NCBI GenBank assembly: GCA_012295275.1
Contig: CM022665.1
Location: 8,556,001-8,620,000 of the forward strand
Origin: Chrysomallon squamiferum
Lineage: Eukaryota > Animalia > Mollusca
Direction: 5' to 3'
DNA: 64,000 bases
Shown: piece by piece, positions 28,841-42,800 of the stretch
Layout: each line of letters starts with the position of its first letter
How positions within the stretch are numbered: the stretch's first letter is position 1
The notes under the pieces: generated by a model
Told to the model about the DNA's origin: nothing
Database searches by the model: none
What the model saw: only the letters and a program-made list of their open reading frames with translations
Made by a program: the position numbers and the translations under genes

Positions 28841-29658
28841 CTATTTAATTTAAATTTATTATTATTATTATTATTATTCGTTTTTACAAGGACAATAAAA
28901 CTTCAATTTCAAAGTTACAATACTGACTAATTATTTGTTCACCGAAGTCGTCAATATAATAAAAGCCACATCAAAATAGTGAAATGGGAAGAAAACGTAA
29001 AATATCACAATTCTTATTTCAATATAATATACACTGATTCAGACACCTTTAATTTTGTTCTTCTAATGTCTGTGTTTTACAAATATTCGGATATTAATGA
29101 AATAAAAAATTGACTAAAGTGATCATATTCGAATGGTAAGGTGACTACATCATTCATGTACTTTGTTTGGAATTGCAAATAATAAGTAAATTTTGTTAAT
29201 TCGTAATCATTAATTTCAAATAATTACTACGATAATTTACCGTGTTCACTTCATTCAATGACTTCATATTTCTAAGCAGCATTCAAAACGTTGTTTAACA
29301 GTTTTATTGAAACTATATGAAGTTTATTTTAATAACGCTGTTAAATTGTATCACCAGTACAGATGATTAAAAAAACAACAACAAATAAGAGCAAATTTTA
29401 TTATATTTATTATTATTATTATTATTATATTTTTTACATGACAATTCACTGTTTACAGCTATTTTTGATTTTCTTAAATTACATTCACATCTCTTTGTCG
29501 TCAAACCATTTGAAGAAATTAGGTTTTTGTTAATTTAAAAAAAAAAAAAAATTATTATTATTATTATTTTCATGTCAGTATAAACACTATTAGTCTGCAA
29601 GAGTTAAGTAAACATCTTCATATTTTATTAATTTATCTATTCATTTGTATATCATTTG

Positions 29659-29696
<38 letters not shown>

Positions 29697-29799
29697 TACA
29701 CACGTATTTATTTCAAAATTTACAAAAACAAATTTTTCAAAAGTATTTTAAGAAATTAACTCTATAAATAACGTTTTAATTTATATTTTTCATTATTGC

Positions 29800-29839
<40 letters not shown>

Positions 29840-30049
29840 CTTTTTTTTTTTTACATCTTTTATTTATTTATTCATTAAAATGTGGATGTAAGAACTGAAA
29901 TCTATACTAGAAGGCAAAAGTTACTGTGATACAGAAAAGAACGATAACTGATGACAACTTTTTGCTGCCGTGTATGAAACGTTATAATAAGGAAAGAATA
30001 ATGTCCGAAAGTATATAACATGAGGTGATCCAGAGCGAAGTTCACACAG

Positions 30050-30260
30050 TCAGTAGTAAGTGCATACATCTTGAGCTTTGATTCACGACTGCCACCGTCG
30101 TCTCATTGAGACAAGTAAACACTGGAGAAAGTTTGTCTTCAGTCACGTGCTGTCCATCACAAGTATTGCTTGCACCACTGGAGACGCCGACGTTGATGTT
30201 CTGGTATCAGGACTGGCTTGCTGCCTGGTCGTCTTCCGTGGATGCCGTAGATGTCGCATG
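30050..30260 (-). mobile_element. Internally deleted Tc1/mariner transposase relic
   Basis: Minus-strand translation GIHGRRPGSKPVLIPEHQRRRLQWCKQYL*WTARD* matches the Tc1 HTH/linker region; joined to C-terminal-like SMRRRWQS*IKAQDVCTYY* (cf. Tc1 SMxRRCxAVIxAxGxxTxY); in-frame stops; DDE domain absent. Confidence 0.8.
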
Positions 30261-30859
30261 AGGAGACTATATCAAACAGTTCACTAATCGATCAAACAGT
30301 TTTTATCATTTCTTGACTTCTGAAGGCTGCACAGAATGGCAGTGATTTGCGACTGAGTGACTGGCGTTTTATGGTGAACACTGAAAAGGAGTTCTCCGAA
30401 TTTTACATATTTTTTGCACATTTCAGTCCCTTTAACAACTGTTTGGTTGCATTTGCTCGAGATATTTCATACACATTTATTTTATCAATAAATCCATTCA
30501 CAAGTGTATTACGCCCGCCAAAGAATCCATGTCACAGTAACTTTTCCTTTTTTGAATTCATATGCACGTAACATAATTGTCTGCATGTAGCTATCAAATA
30601 TATGCAGATTTAAAATGTTATAACAGAAATCGATAATATAGCTTCAAACATAAACTGTTAGGTATAATATTTATTTTCAAATTCTTAATTCAGTCTCAAT
30701 ATTGACGAAATGCTAGTTTCTTTACAAAATTTGACCATCGATATTATAAAAAATCGATAAATTAGTATAGCAACTTGAAAACAAATGACGATACAAATGG
30801 TTGAATTATGCAGAAAACAATTATGATATAGGAATATATAAAATAACTAAATTTATACT

Positions 30860-33800
30860 CATATCACTGAAATAAAATATTAGAGGAAATTACAAAATAA
30901 ATATAATATTAATATATTAAAATACCTTATTTATTATATAAAATGACGTACAAATCTTTTGAAAGTTCAAAAAGATCATTTTCATATACTGAAAAATCAT
31001 TAAACTTAGTTTTATATTACTTTTAAACAGCATTTAAAGAATACACGAAGCATAGATTATTTGAAACATTTTCCCTGGAACACATATTTACTTATTAAAA
31101 GAAAACAGTATTAACAGAAATGAAGTATAAAATCTGAAATTATATCTTTCATTTTCACATAATTATAACGTATAGATTATACTTTACGGGAAACACAGAA
31201 AAGGCCATCTTGAAAGATTATGACATGTACAAATGAAAGAATTTTATTTATACTCAGAGCATTCAAGGAAAATTAGAGGAAACAATAAAATAAACTGAAT
31301 AATATTAATATCTCAAGGTATACATTTTTAAATTAGAATTTTCATACTGACATTACAAATTCTATTTTGCTGCCAGAGATACGTGAAAGATTATGGAGAT
31401 AGAAACCAGACTTTACAGAGAGTAACCTGAAAGATTATGCATTTTATTAGGCCATTCAATTACAATTAGAGGAAACTACAAAATAAATTGAATAATATTA
31501 ATATCTCAAGGTATAAATTTTTATATTAGAACTTTCATACTGACATTACAAATTCTATTTTGCTGCCAGAGATACACGAACGATAATGGAGATAGAAATC
31601 ATACTTTACAGAGATTATCCTGAAAGATTATGCATTTTATTAGGCCATTCAATTACAGTTAGAGGAAACTACAAATTAATTGAATAATATTAATATCTTA
31701 AGGTATATATTTTCAAATTAGAACTTTCATACTGCCATTATGATACCTTACAAATTATACTTTACTGCCAGGGAGAATATATACATGAAAGATTATGGAG
31801 ATAGAAGCCAAAGTTTACAGAGAAAATCGTGGGAGATTATGCATTTTATTAGGCCATTCAATGAAACTTAGAGGAAACTACAAAATAAACTGAATAATAT
31901 TAATATGTCAAGGTAGTCCGTATAATGATATTATATAAAATCTGTTCTACATTTACAGGTCTTTTGCCAGTTCAATAACATCAAATTTCATTATGTTCTG
32001 AAACTATTAAATTTACTTATTTCTTACAACCTACAGAAATACTAAATAAACAAACATGTCAACATTCCTGTTATACCGATGCTAAACAGCTTACGAAGAA
32101 TGTACGATATGTTGTTCATTTTAACAATATTACCAGGAAGAGATTTTTGTTTATTAAAAGAAAATAATATTAACGGAAATGTAGTATATATTTTCAAATT
32201 AAAAATTTTATACTGACATTATGATACCGTACAAATTATACTTGACGGTCAGAGAGAAAAAATGTACATAAAACACTATAAAGACAGAACTCATACTTTA
32301 CAGAAACTATCAAGAACGATAATGAATTTTATTTATTTTAAGGCCATTCAAGTAAAATTAGAGAAAACTACAAAATAAATTGAATAATATTAATATGTCA
32401 AGGTATTCATTCCAATAAAATTTGAGAAAAATACAAAATAAATATAATAATATTAATATATATAGATCACATATACATTATAAGTGACATCAGATAAAAT
32501 CTGCTCTACGTATACAAGAAGAATATTAACTGAAATAAAGTATATAATTTTAAACTAGGACTTTCATACTAACATTATGATACCTTACAAATTATATTTT
32601 GCTCCCAGATTTACGTGAAACATTATGCAGACAGAAGTCATACTTTACAGAGAATATCCTGAAAGATTACGCATTTCTTTAGGCCAATTAATTAAAATTA
32701 GAGGAAGCTACAAAATAAATTGAATAATATTAATATGTCAAGGTAGTCGGTATAATGAACCATGATATTAAATAAAAACTACTCCTAGTTTACAACTGAC
32801 TTCCACGGCAGAAAACATTCAATTTCATAATGTTCGTAAACTTTATAAAATTTACTAATTTTTTTAAAACCTCCAGAAACAGTAAATAAAGATATATGTC
32901 AGTATTCCTTTTATACTGAATCTAAACAGCTTTTAAAGAATATACGAATTATTTTTTCAAACCTACTGTTTATACACATATATGTGAATATCACTTTTAT
33001 ATTGAATCTGAAGAGGTTTTAAAGAATATACGAATTATTTTTTATATTAACGGTCTTTCCTCGACATCTTTACTTAATGAAAGAAAATAATATTAATTGA
33101 AATGAAGTATAGATTTTCAAACTATGCCTCTCATGTTAAGATAATTATTGCTTCAAAATTGTACTTTACAGACTTAGATACGGACTGTCAGCATATTCTC
33201 CACGGTCAGATTTTTTTATGAATTAAGTAATAAAGAAGACAACTTTATTTATACACTGGCCATTCAAATAAAATTAGAGAAAAATCACTAAATAAATATA
33301 ATATTATTAATAAAAGTGGCTTGTAGAATAAAAATGACACCAAATAAAATCTACTGTACGTTTAAAAATCTTTTATAAGTTCAACAAGATCCTCTCTGAA
33401 ATTCTGATAGATACTTCGTTAAAAATCATTTACGTCTTAAAAAAGTAAATAAATACTCAATAAAAATAAGTATACATCATGTATTAGTTTTTTTGCTGAT
33501 GCTGAATGGCATAGAAGGAATACAGGAATTATTTTCTATTTAACCATTTTTCCTAGGAGAATTCTTTATTTATTAAAATGAAAAAAAGATTATTATCTGA
33601 AATGAAGTGATTAATTTAAAACACTTTCCTGCAATGCATCTTTACTTATTAAAAAAATAAAATAATATTAACTGAAATCCAGCATATATTTCTAAATTAG
33701 GATTTCTATACTGAAATTATGATACTTTACAGATTATATTTTGCTGCCAGACATACGTGAAATATTATGGAGGTAGAAATCATACTTTCTATATAGAGAG

Positions 33801-36800
33801 TATCCTGAAAGATTATGCATTTTATTAGGCCATTCAATTACAATTAGAGGAAACTACAAATTAATTGAATAATATTAATATGTCAAGGTAGTCGGTATAA
33901 TGAAACATGATATTAAATAAAAACTACTCTTAGTTTACAACTGACTTCCACGGCAGAAAACATTCAATTTCATAATGTTCGTAAACTTTATAAAATTTAC
34001 TAATTTTTTTAAAACCTCCAGAAACAATAAATAAACATATATGTCAGTATTCCTTTTATACTCGATCTAAACAGGTGTTAAAGAATATACGAATTATTTT
34101 TTATATTAACGGTCTTTCCTGGAATACATCTTTACTTACTGAAACAAAATAATATTAATTGAAATGAAGTATAGATTTTCAAACTATGCCTTTCATGTTA
34201 AGATAATGATTGCTTCAAAATTGTACTTTACAGACAAAGATACAGAGAGTCTAAATATTTCCCCGATGGTCAGTATATTTTATGGAGTAAGTAATAAAGA
34301 ACACACTCTTTTTCATAAGTGGGCCATTGAAATAAAATTAGAGAAAATCACTAAATAAAAATAATATTAACAGAGATGGCTCATACAATAAAAATATCAT
34401 GTCATAAAATCTACTGTACTTTTAGAAATCTTTTATAAGTTCAACAAGATTTGCTTTGATCGTGTGATCAATACTTCGTTAAAAATCATTTACGTCTTAA
34501 AAAAAAAAAAAAAAAAAAATACTAAAAAATAAGTATAGATCATGTATTCCTTTTGATATTGACGCTGAATGGCATTTAAGGAATACAGGAATTGTTTTCT
34601 CTTTAACCATTTTTCCTAGGAGAATTCTTTAATTATTAAAAAAAAGTTTATTATCTGAAATGAAGTGTTTATTTTAACACTCTTTCCTGCAAGACATCTT
34701 TACTGATTAAAAACAAAAATAATACAAACTGAAATCAAGTATATATTCTTAAATTAAGACTTTCATAATGAGATTATGATACCTTACAAATTATATTTTG
34801 CTGCCAGAGATACGTGAAATATTATGGAGATAGAAACCAGACTTTACACAGAGTATCCTGAAAGATTATGCATTTTATTATAAAGATATATGTCAGTATT
34901 CCTTTTATACTCAATCTAAACAGCTTATAAAGAATATACGAATTATTGTTTATGTTAACGGTCTTTCCTGGAAGACATCTTTACTTACTGAAAGAAAATA
35001 ATATTAATTGAAATGAAGTATATATTTTCAAACTATGCCTCTCATGTTAAGATAATTATTGCTTCAAAATTGTACTTTACAGACTTAGATACGGACTGTC
35101 AGCATATTCTCCACGGTCAGATTTTTTATGAAGTAAGTAATAAAGAAGACAACTTTATTTATACACTGACCATTCAAATAAAATTAGAGAAAAATCACTA
35201 AATAAATATAATATTATTAATAAAAGTGGCTTGTAGAATAAAAATGACACCAAATAAAATCTACTGTACGTTTAAAAATCTTTTATAAAATCAACAAGAT
35301 CCTCTCTGAAATTCTGATAGATACTTCGTTAAAAATCATATACGTCTTAAAAAAATAAATAAATATTAAATAAAAATAAGTATACATCATGTATTCCTTT
35401 TTTTGTTGATGCTGAATGACATTCAAGGAATACAGGAATTATTTTCTATTTAACCATTTTTCCTAGGAGAATTCTTTATTTATTAAAATGAAAAAAAGAT
35501 TATTATCTGAAATGAAGTGATTAATTTAACACACTTTCCTGCAATACATCTTTACTTATTAAAAAAAAAAATATATATATATTAACTGAAATCCTGCATA
35601 TATTTCTAAATTAGGATTTCTATACTGAAATTATGATACTTTACAGATTATATTTTGCTGCCAGACACACGTGAAATATTATGGAGGTAGAAATCATACT
35701 TTCTATATAGAGAGTATCCTGAAAGATTATGCATTTTATTAGGCCATTCAATTACAATTAGAGGAAACTACAAATTAATTGAATAATATTAATATGTCAA
35801 GGTAGTCGGTATAATGAAACATGATATTAAATAAAAACTACTCTTAGTTTACAACTGACTTCCACGGCAGAAAACATTCAATTTCATAATGTTCGTAAAC
35901 TTTATAAAATTTACTAATTTTTTTAAAACCTCCAGAAACAGTAAATAAAGATATATGTCAGTATTCCTTTTATACTGAATCTAAACAGCTTTTGAAGAAT
36001 ATACGAATTATTTTTTATATTAACGGTCTTTCCTCGACATCTTTACTTAATGAAAGAAAATAATATTAATTGAAATGAAGTATAGATTTTCAAACTATGC
36101 CTTTCATGTTAAGATAATGATTGCTTCAAAATTGTACTTTACAGACAAAGATACAGAGAGTCTAAATATTTCCCCGATGGTCATAATATTTTATGAAGTA
36201 ATAAAGAACACAATCTTTTTCATAAGTGGGCCATTCAAATAAAATTAGAGAAAATCACTAAATAAAAATAATATTAACAGAGATGGCTCATACAATAAAA
36301 ATATCATGTCATAAAATCTACTGTACTTTTAGAAATCTTTTATAAGTTCAACAAGATTTGCTTTGATCGTGTGATCAATACTTCGTTAAAAATCATTTAC
36401 GTCTTAAAAAAAAAAAAAAAAAAAAAAAATACTAAAAAATAAGTATAGATCATGTATTCCTTTTGATATTGACGCTGAATGGCATTTAAGGAATACAGGA
36501 ATTGTTTTCTCTTTAACCATTTTTCCTAGGAGAATTCTTTAATTATTAAAAAAAAGTTTATTATCTGAAATGAAGTGTTTATTTTAACACTCTTTCCTGC
36601 AAGACATCTTTACTGATTAAAAACAAAAATAATACAAACTGAAATCAAGTATATATTCTTAAATTAAGACTTTCATAATGAGATTATGATACCTTACAAA
36701 TTATATTTTGCTGCCAGAGATACGTGAAATATTATGGAGATAGAAACCAGACTTTACACAGAGTATCCTGAAAGATTATGCATTTTATTATAAAGATATA

Positions 36801-39800
36801 TGTCAGTATTCCTTTTATACTCAATCTAAACAGCTTTTAAAGAATATACGAATTATTGTTTATGTTAACGGTCTTTCCTGGAAGACATCTTTACTTACTG
36901 AAAGAAAATAATATTAATTGAAATGAAGTATATATTTTCAAACTATGCCTCTCATGTTAAGATAATTATTGCTTCAAAATTGTACTTTACAGACTTAGAT
37001 ACGGACTGTCAGCATATTCTCCACGGTCAGATTTTTTTATGAATTAAGTAATAAAGAAGACAACTTTATTTATACACTGGCCATTCAAATAAAATTAGAG
37101 AAAAATCACTAAATAAATATAATATTATTAATAAAAGTGGCTTGTAGAATAAAAATGACACCAAATAAAATCTACTGTACGTTTAAAAATCTTTTATAAG
37201 TTCAACAAGATCCTCTCTGAAATTCTGATAGATACTTCGTTAAAAATCATTTACGTCTTAAAAAAGTAAATAAATATTAAATAAAAATAAGTATACATCA
37301 TGTATTCCTTTTTTTGTTGATGCTGAATGACATTCAAGAAATACAGGAATTATTTTCTATTTAACCATTTTTCCTAGGAGAATTCTTTATTTATTAAAAT
37401 GAAAAAAAGATTATTATCTGAAATGAAGTGATTAATTTAACACACTTTCCTGCAATACATCTTTACTTATTAAAAAAAATATATATATATATATTAACTG
37501 AAATCCTGCATATATTTCTAAATTAGGATTTCTATACTGAAATTATGATACTTTACAGATTATATTTTGCTGCCAGACACACGTGAAATATTATGGAGGT
37601 AGAAATCATACTTTCTATATAGAGAGTATCCTGAAAGATTATGCATTTTATTAGGCCATTCAATTACAATTAGAGGAAACTACAAATTAATTGAATAATA
37701 TTAATATGTCAAGGTAGTCGGTATAATGAAACATGATATTAAATAAAAACTACTCTTAGTTTACAACTGACTTCCACGGCAGAAAACATTCAATTTCATA
37801 ATGTTCGTAAACTTTATAAAATTTACTAATTTTTTTAAAACCTCCAGAAACAGTAAATAAAGATATATGTCAGTATTCCTTTTATACTGAATCTAAACAG
37901 CTTTTGAAGAATATACGAATTATTTTTTTTTATATTAACGGTCTTTCCTCGACATCTTTACTTAATGAAAGAAAATAATATTAATTGAAATGAAGTATAG
38001 ATTTTCAAACTATGCCTTTCATGTTAAGATAATGATTGCTTCAAAATTGTACTTTACAGACAAAGATACAGAGAGTCTAAATATTTCCCCGATGGTCATA
38101 ATATTTTATGAAGTAATAAAGAACACAATCTTTTTTCATAAGTGGGCCATTCAAATAAAATTAGAGAAAATCACTAAATAAAAATAATATTAACAGAGAT
38201 GGCTCATACAATAAAAATATCATGTCATAAAATCTACTGTACTTTTAGAAATCTTTTATAAGTTCAACAAGATTTGCTTTGATCGTGTGATCAATACTTC
38301 GTTAAAAATCATTTACGTCTTAAAAAAAAAAAAAAAAAAAAAAAATACTAAAAAATAAGTATAGATCATGTATTCCTTTTGATATTGACGCTGAATGGCA
38401 TTTAAGGAATACAGGAATTGTTTTCTCTTTAACCATTTTTCCTAGGAGAATTCTTTAATTATTAAAAAAAAGTTTATTATCTGAAATGAAGTGTTTATTT
38501 TAACACTCTTTCCTGCAAGACATCTTTACTGATTAAAAACAAAAATAATACAAACTGAAATCAAGTATATATTCTTAAATTAAGACTTTCATAATGAGAT
38601 TATGATACCTTACAAATTATATTTTGCTGCCAGAGATACGTGAAATATTATGGAGATAGAAACCAGACTTTACACAGAGTATCCTGAAAGATTATGCATT
38701 TTATTATAAAGATATATGTCAGTATTCCTTTTATACTCAATCTAAACAGCTTATAAAGAATATACGAATTATTGTTTATGTTAACGGTCTTTCCTGGAAG
38801 ACATCTTTACTTACTGAAAGAAAATAATATTAATTGAAATGAAGTATATATTTTCAAACTATGCCTCTCATGTTAAGATAATTATTGCTTCAAAATTGTA
38901 CTTTACAGACTTAGATACGGACTGTCAGCATATTCTCCACGGTCAGATTTTTTTATGAAGTAAGTAATAAAGAAGACAACTTTATTTATACACTGGCCAT
39001 TCAAATACAATTAGAGAAAAATCACTAAATAAATATAATATTATTAATAAAAGTGGCTTGTAGAATAAAAATGACACCAAATAAAATCTACTGTACGTTT
39101 AAAAATCTTTTATAAGTTCAACAAGATCCTCTCTGAAATTCTGATAGATACTTCGTTAAAAATCATTTACGTCTTAAAAAAGTAAATAAATATTAAATAA
39201 AAATAAGTATACATCATGTATTCCTTTTTTTGTTGATGCTGAATGACATTCAAGGAATACAGGAATTATTTTCTATTTAACCATTTTTCCTAGGAGAATT
39301 CTTTATTTATTAAAATGAAAAAAAGATTATTATCTGAAATGAAGTGATTAATTTAACACACTTTCCTGCAATACATCTTTACTTATTAAAAAAAAAATAT
39401 ATATATATTAACTGAAATCCTGCATATATTTCTAAATTAGGATTTCTATACTGAAATTATGATACTTTACAGATTATATTTTGCTGCCAGACACACGTGA
39501 AATATTATGGAGGTAGAAATCATACTTTCTATATAGAGAGTATCCTGAAAGATTATGCATTTTATTAGGCCATTCAATTACAATTAGAGGAAACTACAAA
39601 TTAATTGAATAATATTAATATGTCAAGGTAGTCGGTATAATGAAACATGATATTAAATAAAAACTACTCTTAGTTTACAACTGACTTCCACGGCAGAAAA
39701 CATTCAATTTCATAATGTTCGTAAACTTTATAAAATTTACTAATTTTTTTAAAACCTCCAGAACAGTAAATAAAGATATATGTCAGTATTCCTTTTATAC

Positions 39801-42800
39801 TGAATCTAAACAGCTTTTGAAGAATATACGAATTATTTTTTATATTAACGGTCTTTCCTCGACATCTTTACTTAATGAAAGAAAATAATATTAATTGAAA
39901 TGAAGTATAGATTTTCAAACTATGCCTTTCATGTTAACATAATGATTGCTTCAAAATTGTACTTTACAGACAAAGATACAGAGAGTCTAAATATTTCCCC
40001 GATGGTCATAATATTTTATGAAGTAATAAAGAACACAATCTTTTTTCATAAGTGGGCCATTCAAATAAAATTAGAGAAAATCACTAAATAAAAATAATAT
40101 TAACAGAGATGGCTCATACAATAAAAATATCATGTCATAAAATCTACTGTACTTTTAGAAATCTTTTATAAGTTCAACAAGATTTGCTTTGATCGTGTGA
40201 TCAATACTTCGTTAAAAATCATTTACGTCTTAAAAAAAAAAAAAAAAAATACTAAAAAATAAGTATAGATCATGTATTCCTTTTGATATTGACGCTGAAT
40301 GGCATTTAAGGAATACAGGAATTGTTTTCTCTTTAACCATTTTTCCTAGGAGAATTCTTTAATTATTAAAAAAAAAAAGTTTATTATCTGAAATGAAGTG
40401 TTTATTTTAACACTCTTTCCTGCAAGACATCTTTACTGATTAAAAACAAAAATAATACAAACTGAAATCAAGTATATATTCTTAAATTAAGACTTTCATA
40501 ATGAGATTATGATACCTTACAAATTATATTTTGCTGCCAGAGATACGTGAAATATTATGGAGATAGAAACCAGACTTTACACAGAGTATCCTGAAAGATT
40601 ATGCATTTTATTATAAAGATATATGTCAGTATTCCTTTTATACTCAATCTAAACAGCTTTTAAAGAATATACGAATTATTGTTTATGTTAACGGTCTTTC
40701 CTGGAAGACATCTTTACTTACTGAAAGAAAATAATATTAATTGAAATGAAGTATATATTTTCAAACTATGCCTCTCATGTTAAGATAATTATTGCTTCAA
40801 AATTGTACTTTACAGACTTAGATACGGACTGTCAGCATATTCTCCACGGTCAGATTTTTTTATGAAGTAAGTAATAAAGAAGACAACTTTATTTATACAC
40901 TGGCCATTCAAATACAATTAGAGAAAAATCACTAAATAAATATAATATTATTAATAAAAGTGGCTTGTAGAATAAAAATGACACCAAATAAAATCTACTG
41001 TACGTTTAAAAATCTTTTATAAGTTCAACAAGATCCTCTCTGAAATTCTGATAGATACTTCGTTAAAAATCATTTACGTCTTAAAAAAGTAAATAAATAT
41101 TAAATAAAAATAAGTATACATCATGTATTCCTTTTTTTGTTGATGCTGAATGACATTCAAGGAATACAGGAATTATTTTCTATTTAACCATTTTTCCTAG
41201 GAGAATTCTTTATTTATTAAAATGAAAAAAAGATTATTATCTGAAATGAAGTGATTAATTTAACACACTTTCCTGCAATACATCTTTACTTATTAAAAAA
41301 AAAAAAAATATATATATATTAACTGAAATCCTGCATATATTTCTAAATTAGGATTTCTATACTGAAATTATGATACTTTACAGATTATATTTTGCTGCCA
41401 GACATACGTGAAATATTATGGAGGTAGAAATCATACTTTCTATATAGAGAGTATCCTGAAAGATTATGCATTTTATTAGGCCATTCAATTACAATTAGAG
41501 GAAACTACAAATTAATTGAATAATATTAATATGTCAAGGTAGTCGGTATAATGAAACATGATATTAAATAAAAACTACTCTTAGTTTACAATTGACTTCC
41601 ACGGCAGAAAACATTCAATTTCATAATGTTCGTAAACTTTATAAAATTTACTAATTTTTTTAAAACCTCCAGAAACAGTAAATAAAGATATATGTCAGTA
41701 TTCCTTTTATACTGAATCTAAACAGCTTTTGAAGAATATACGAATTATTTTTTATATTAACGGTCTTTCCTCGACATCTTTACTTAATGAAAGAAAATAA
41801 TATTAATTGAAATGAAGTATAGATTTTCAAACTATGCCTTTCATGTTAAGATAATGATTGCTTCAAAATTGTACTTTACAGACAAAGATACAGAGAGTCT
41901 AAATATTTCCCCGATGGTCATAATATTTTATGAAGTAATAAAGAACACAATCTTTTTCATAAGTGGGCCATTCAAATAAAATTAGAGAAAATCACTAAAT
42001 AAAAATAATATTAACAGAGATGGCTCATACAATAAAAATATCATGTCATAAAATCTACTGTACTTTTAGAAATCTTTTATAAGTTCAACAAGATTTGCTT
42101 TGATCGTGTGATCAATACTTCGTTAAAAATCATTTACGTCTTAAAAAAAAAAAAAAAAAACTAAAAAATAAGTATAGATCATGTATTCCTTTTGATATTG
42201 ACGCTGAATAGCATTTAAGGAATACAGGAATTGTTTTCTCTTTAACCATTTTTCCTAGGAGAATTCTTTAATTATTAAAAAAAAAAAAGTTTATTATCTG
42301 AAATGAAGTGTTTATTTTAACACTCTTTCCTGCAAGACATCTTTACTGATTAAAAACAAAAATAATACAAACTGAAATCAAGTATATATTCTTAAATTAA
42401 GACTTTCATAATGAGATTATGATACCTTACAAATTATATTTTGCTGCCAGAGATACGTGAAATATTATGGAGATAGAAACCAGACTTTACACAGAGTATC
42501 CTGAAAGATTATGCATTTTATTATAATGATATATGTCAGTATTCCTTTTATACTCAATCTAAACAGCTTTTAAAGAATATACGAATTATTGTTTATGTTA
42601 ACGGTCTTTCCTGGAAGACATCTTTACTTACTGAAAGAAAATAATATTAATTGAAATGAAGTATATATTTTCAAACTATGCCTCTCATGTTAAGATAATT
42701 ATTGCTTCAAAATTGTACTTTACAGACTTAGATACGGACTGTCAGCATATTCTCCACGGTCAGATTTTTTTATGAAGTAAGTAATAAAGAAGACAACTTT

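Noticed and set aside
30078-30287. Plus-strand 69-aa ORF
   Set aside because: Antisense shadow of the Tc1 relic
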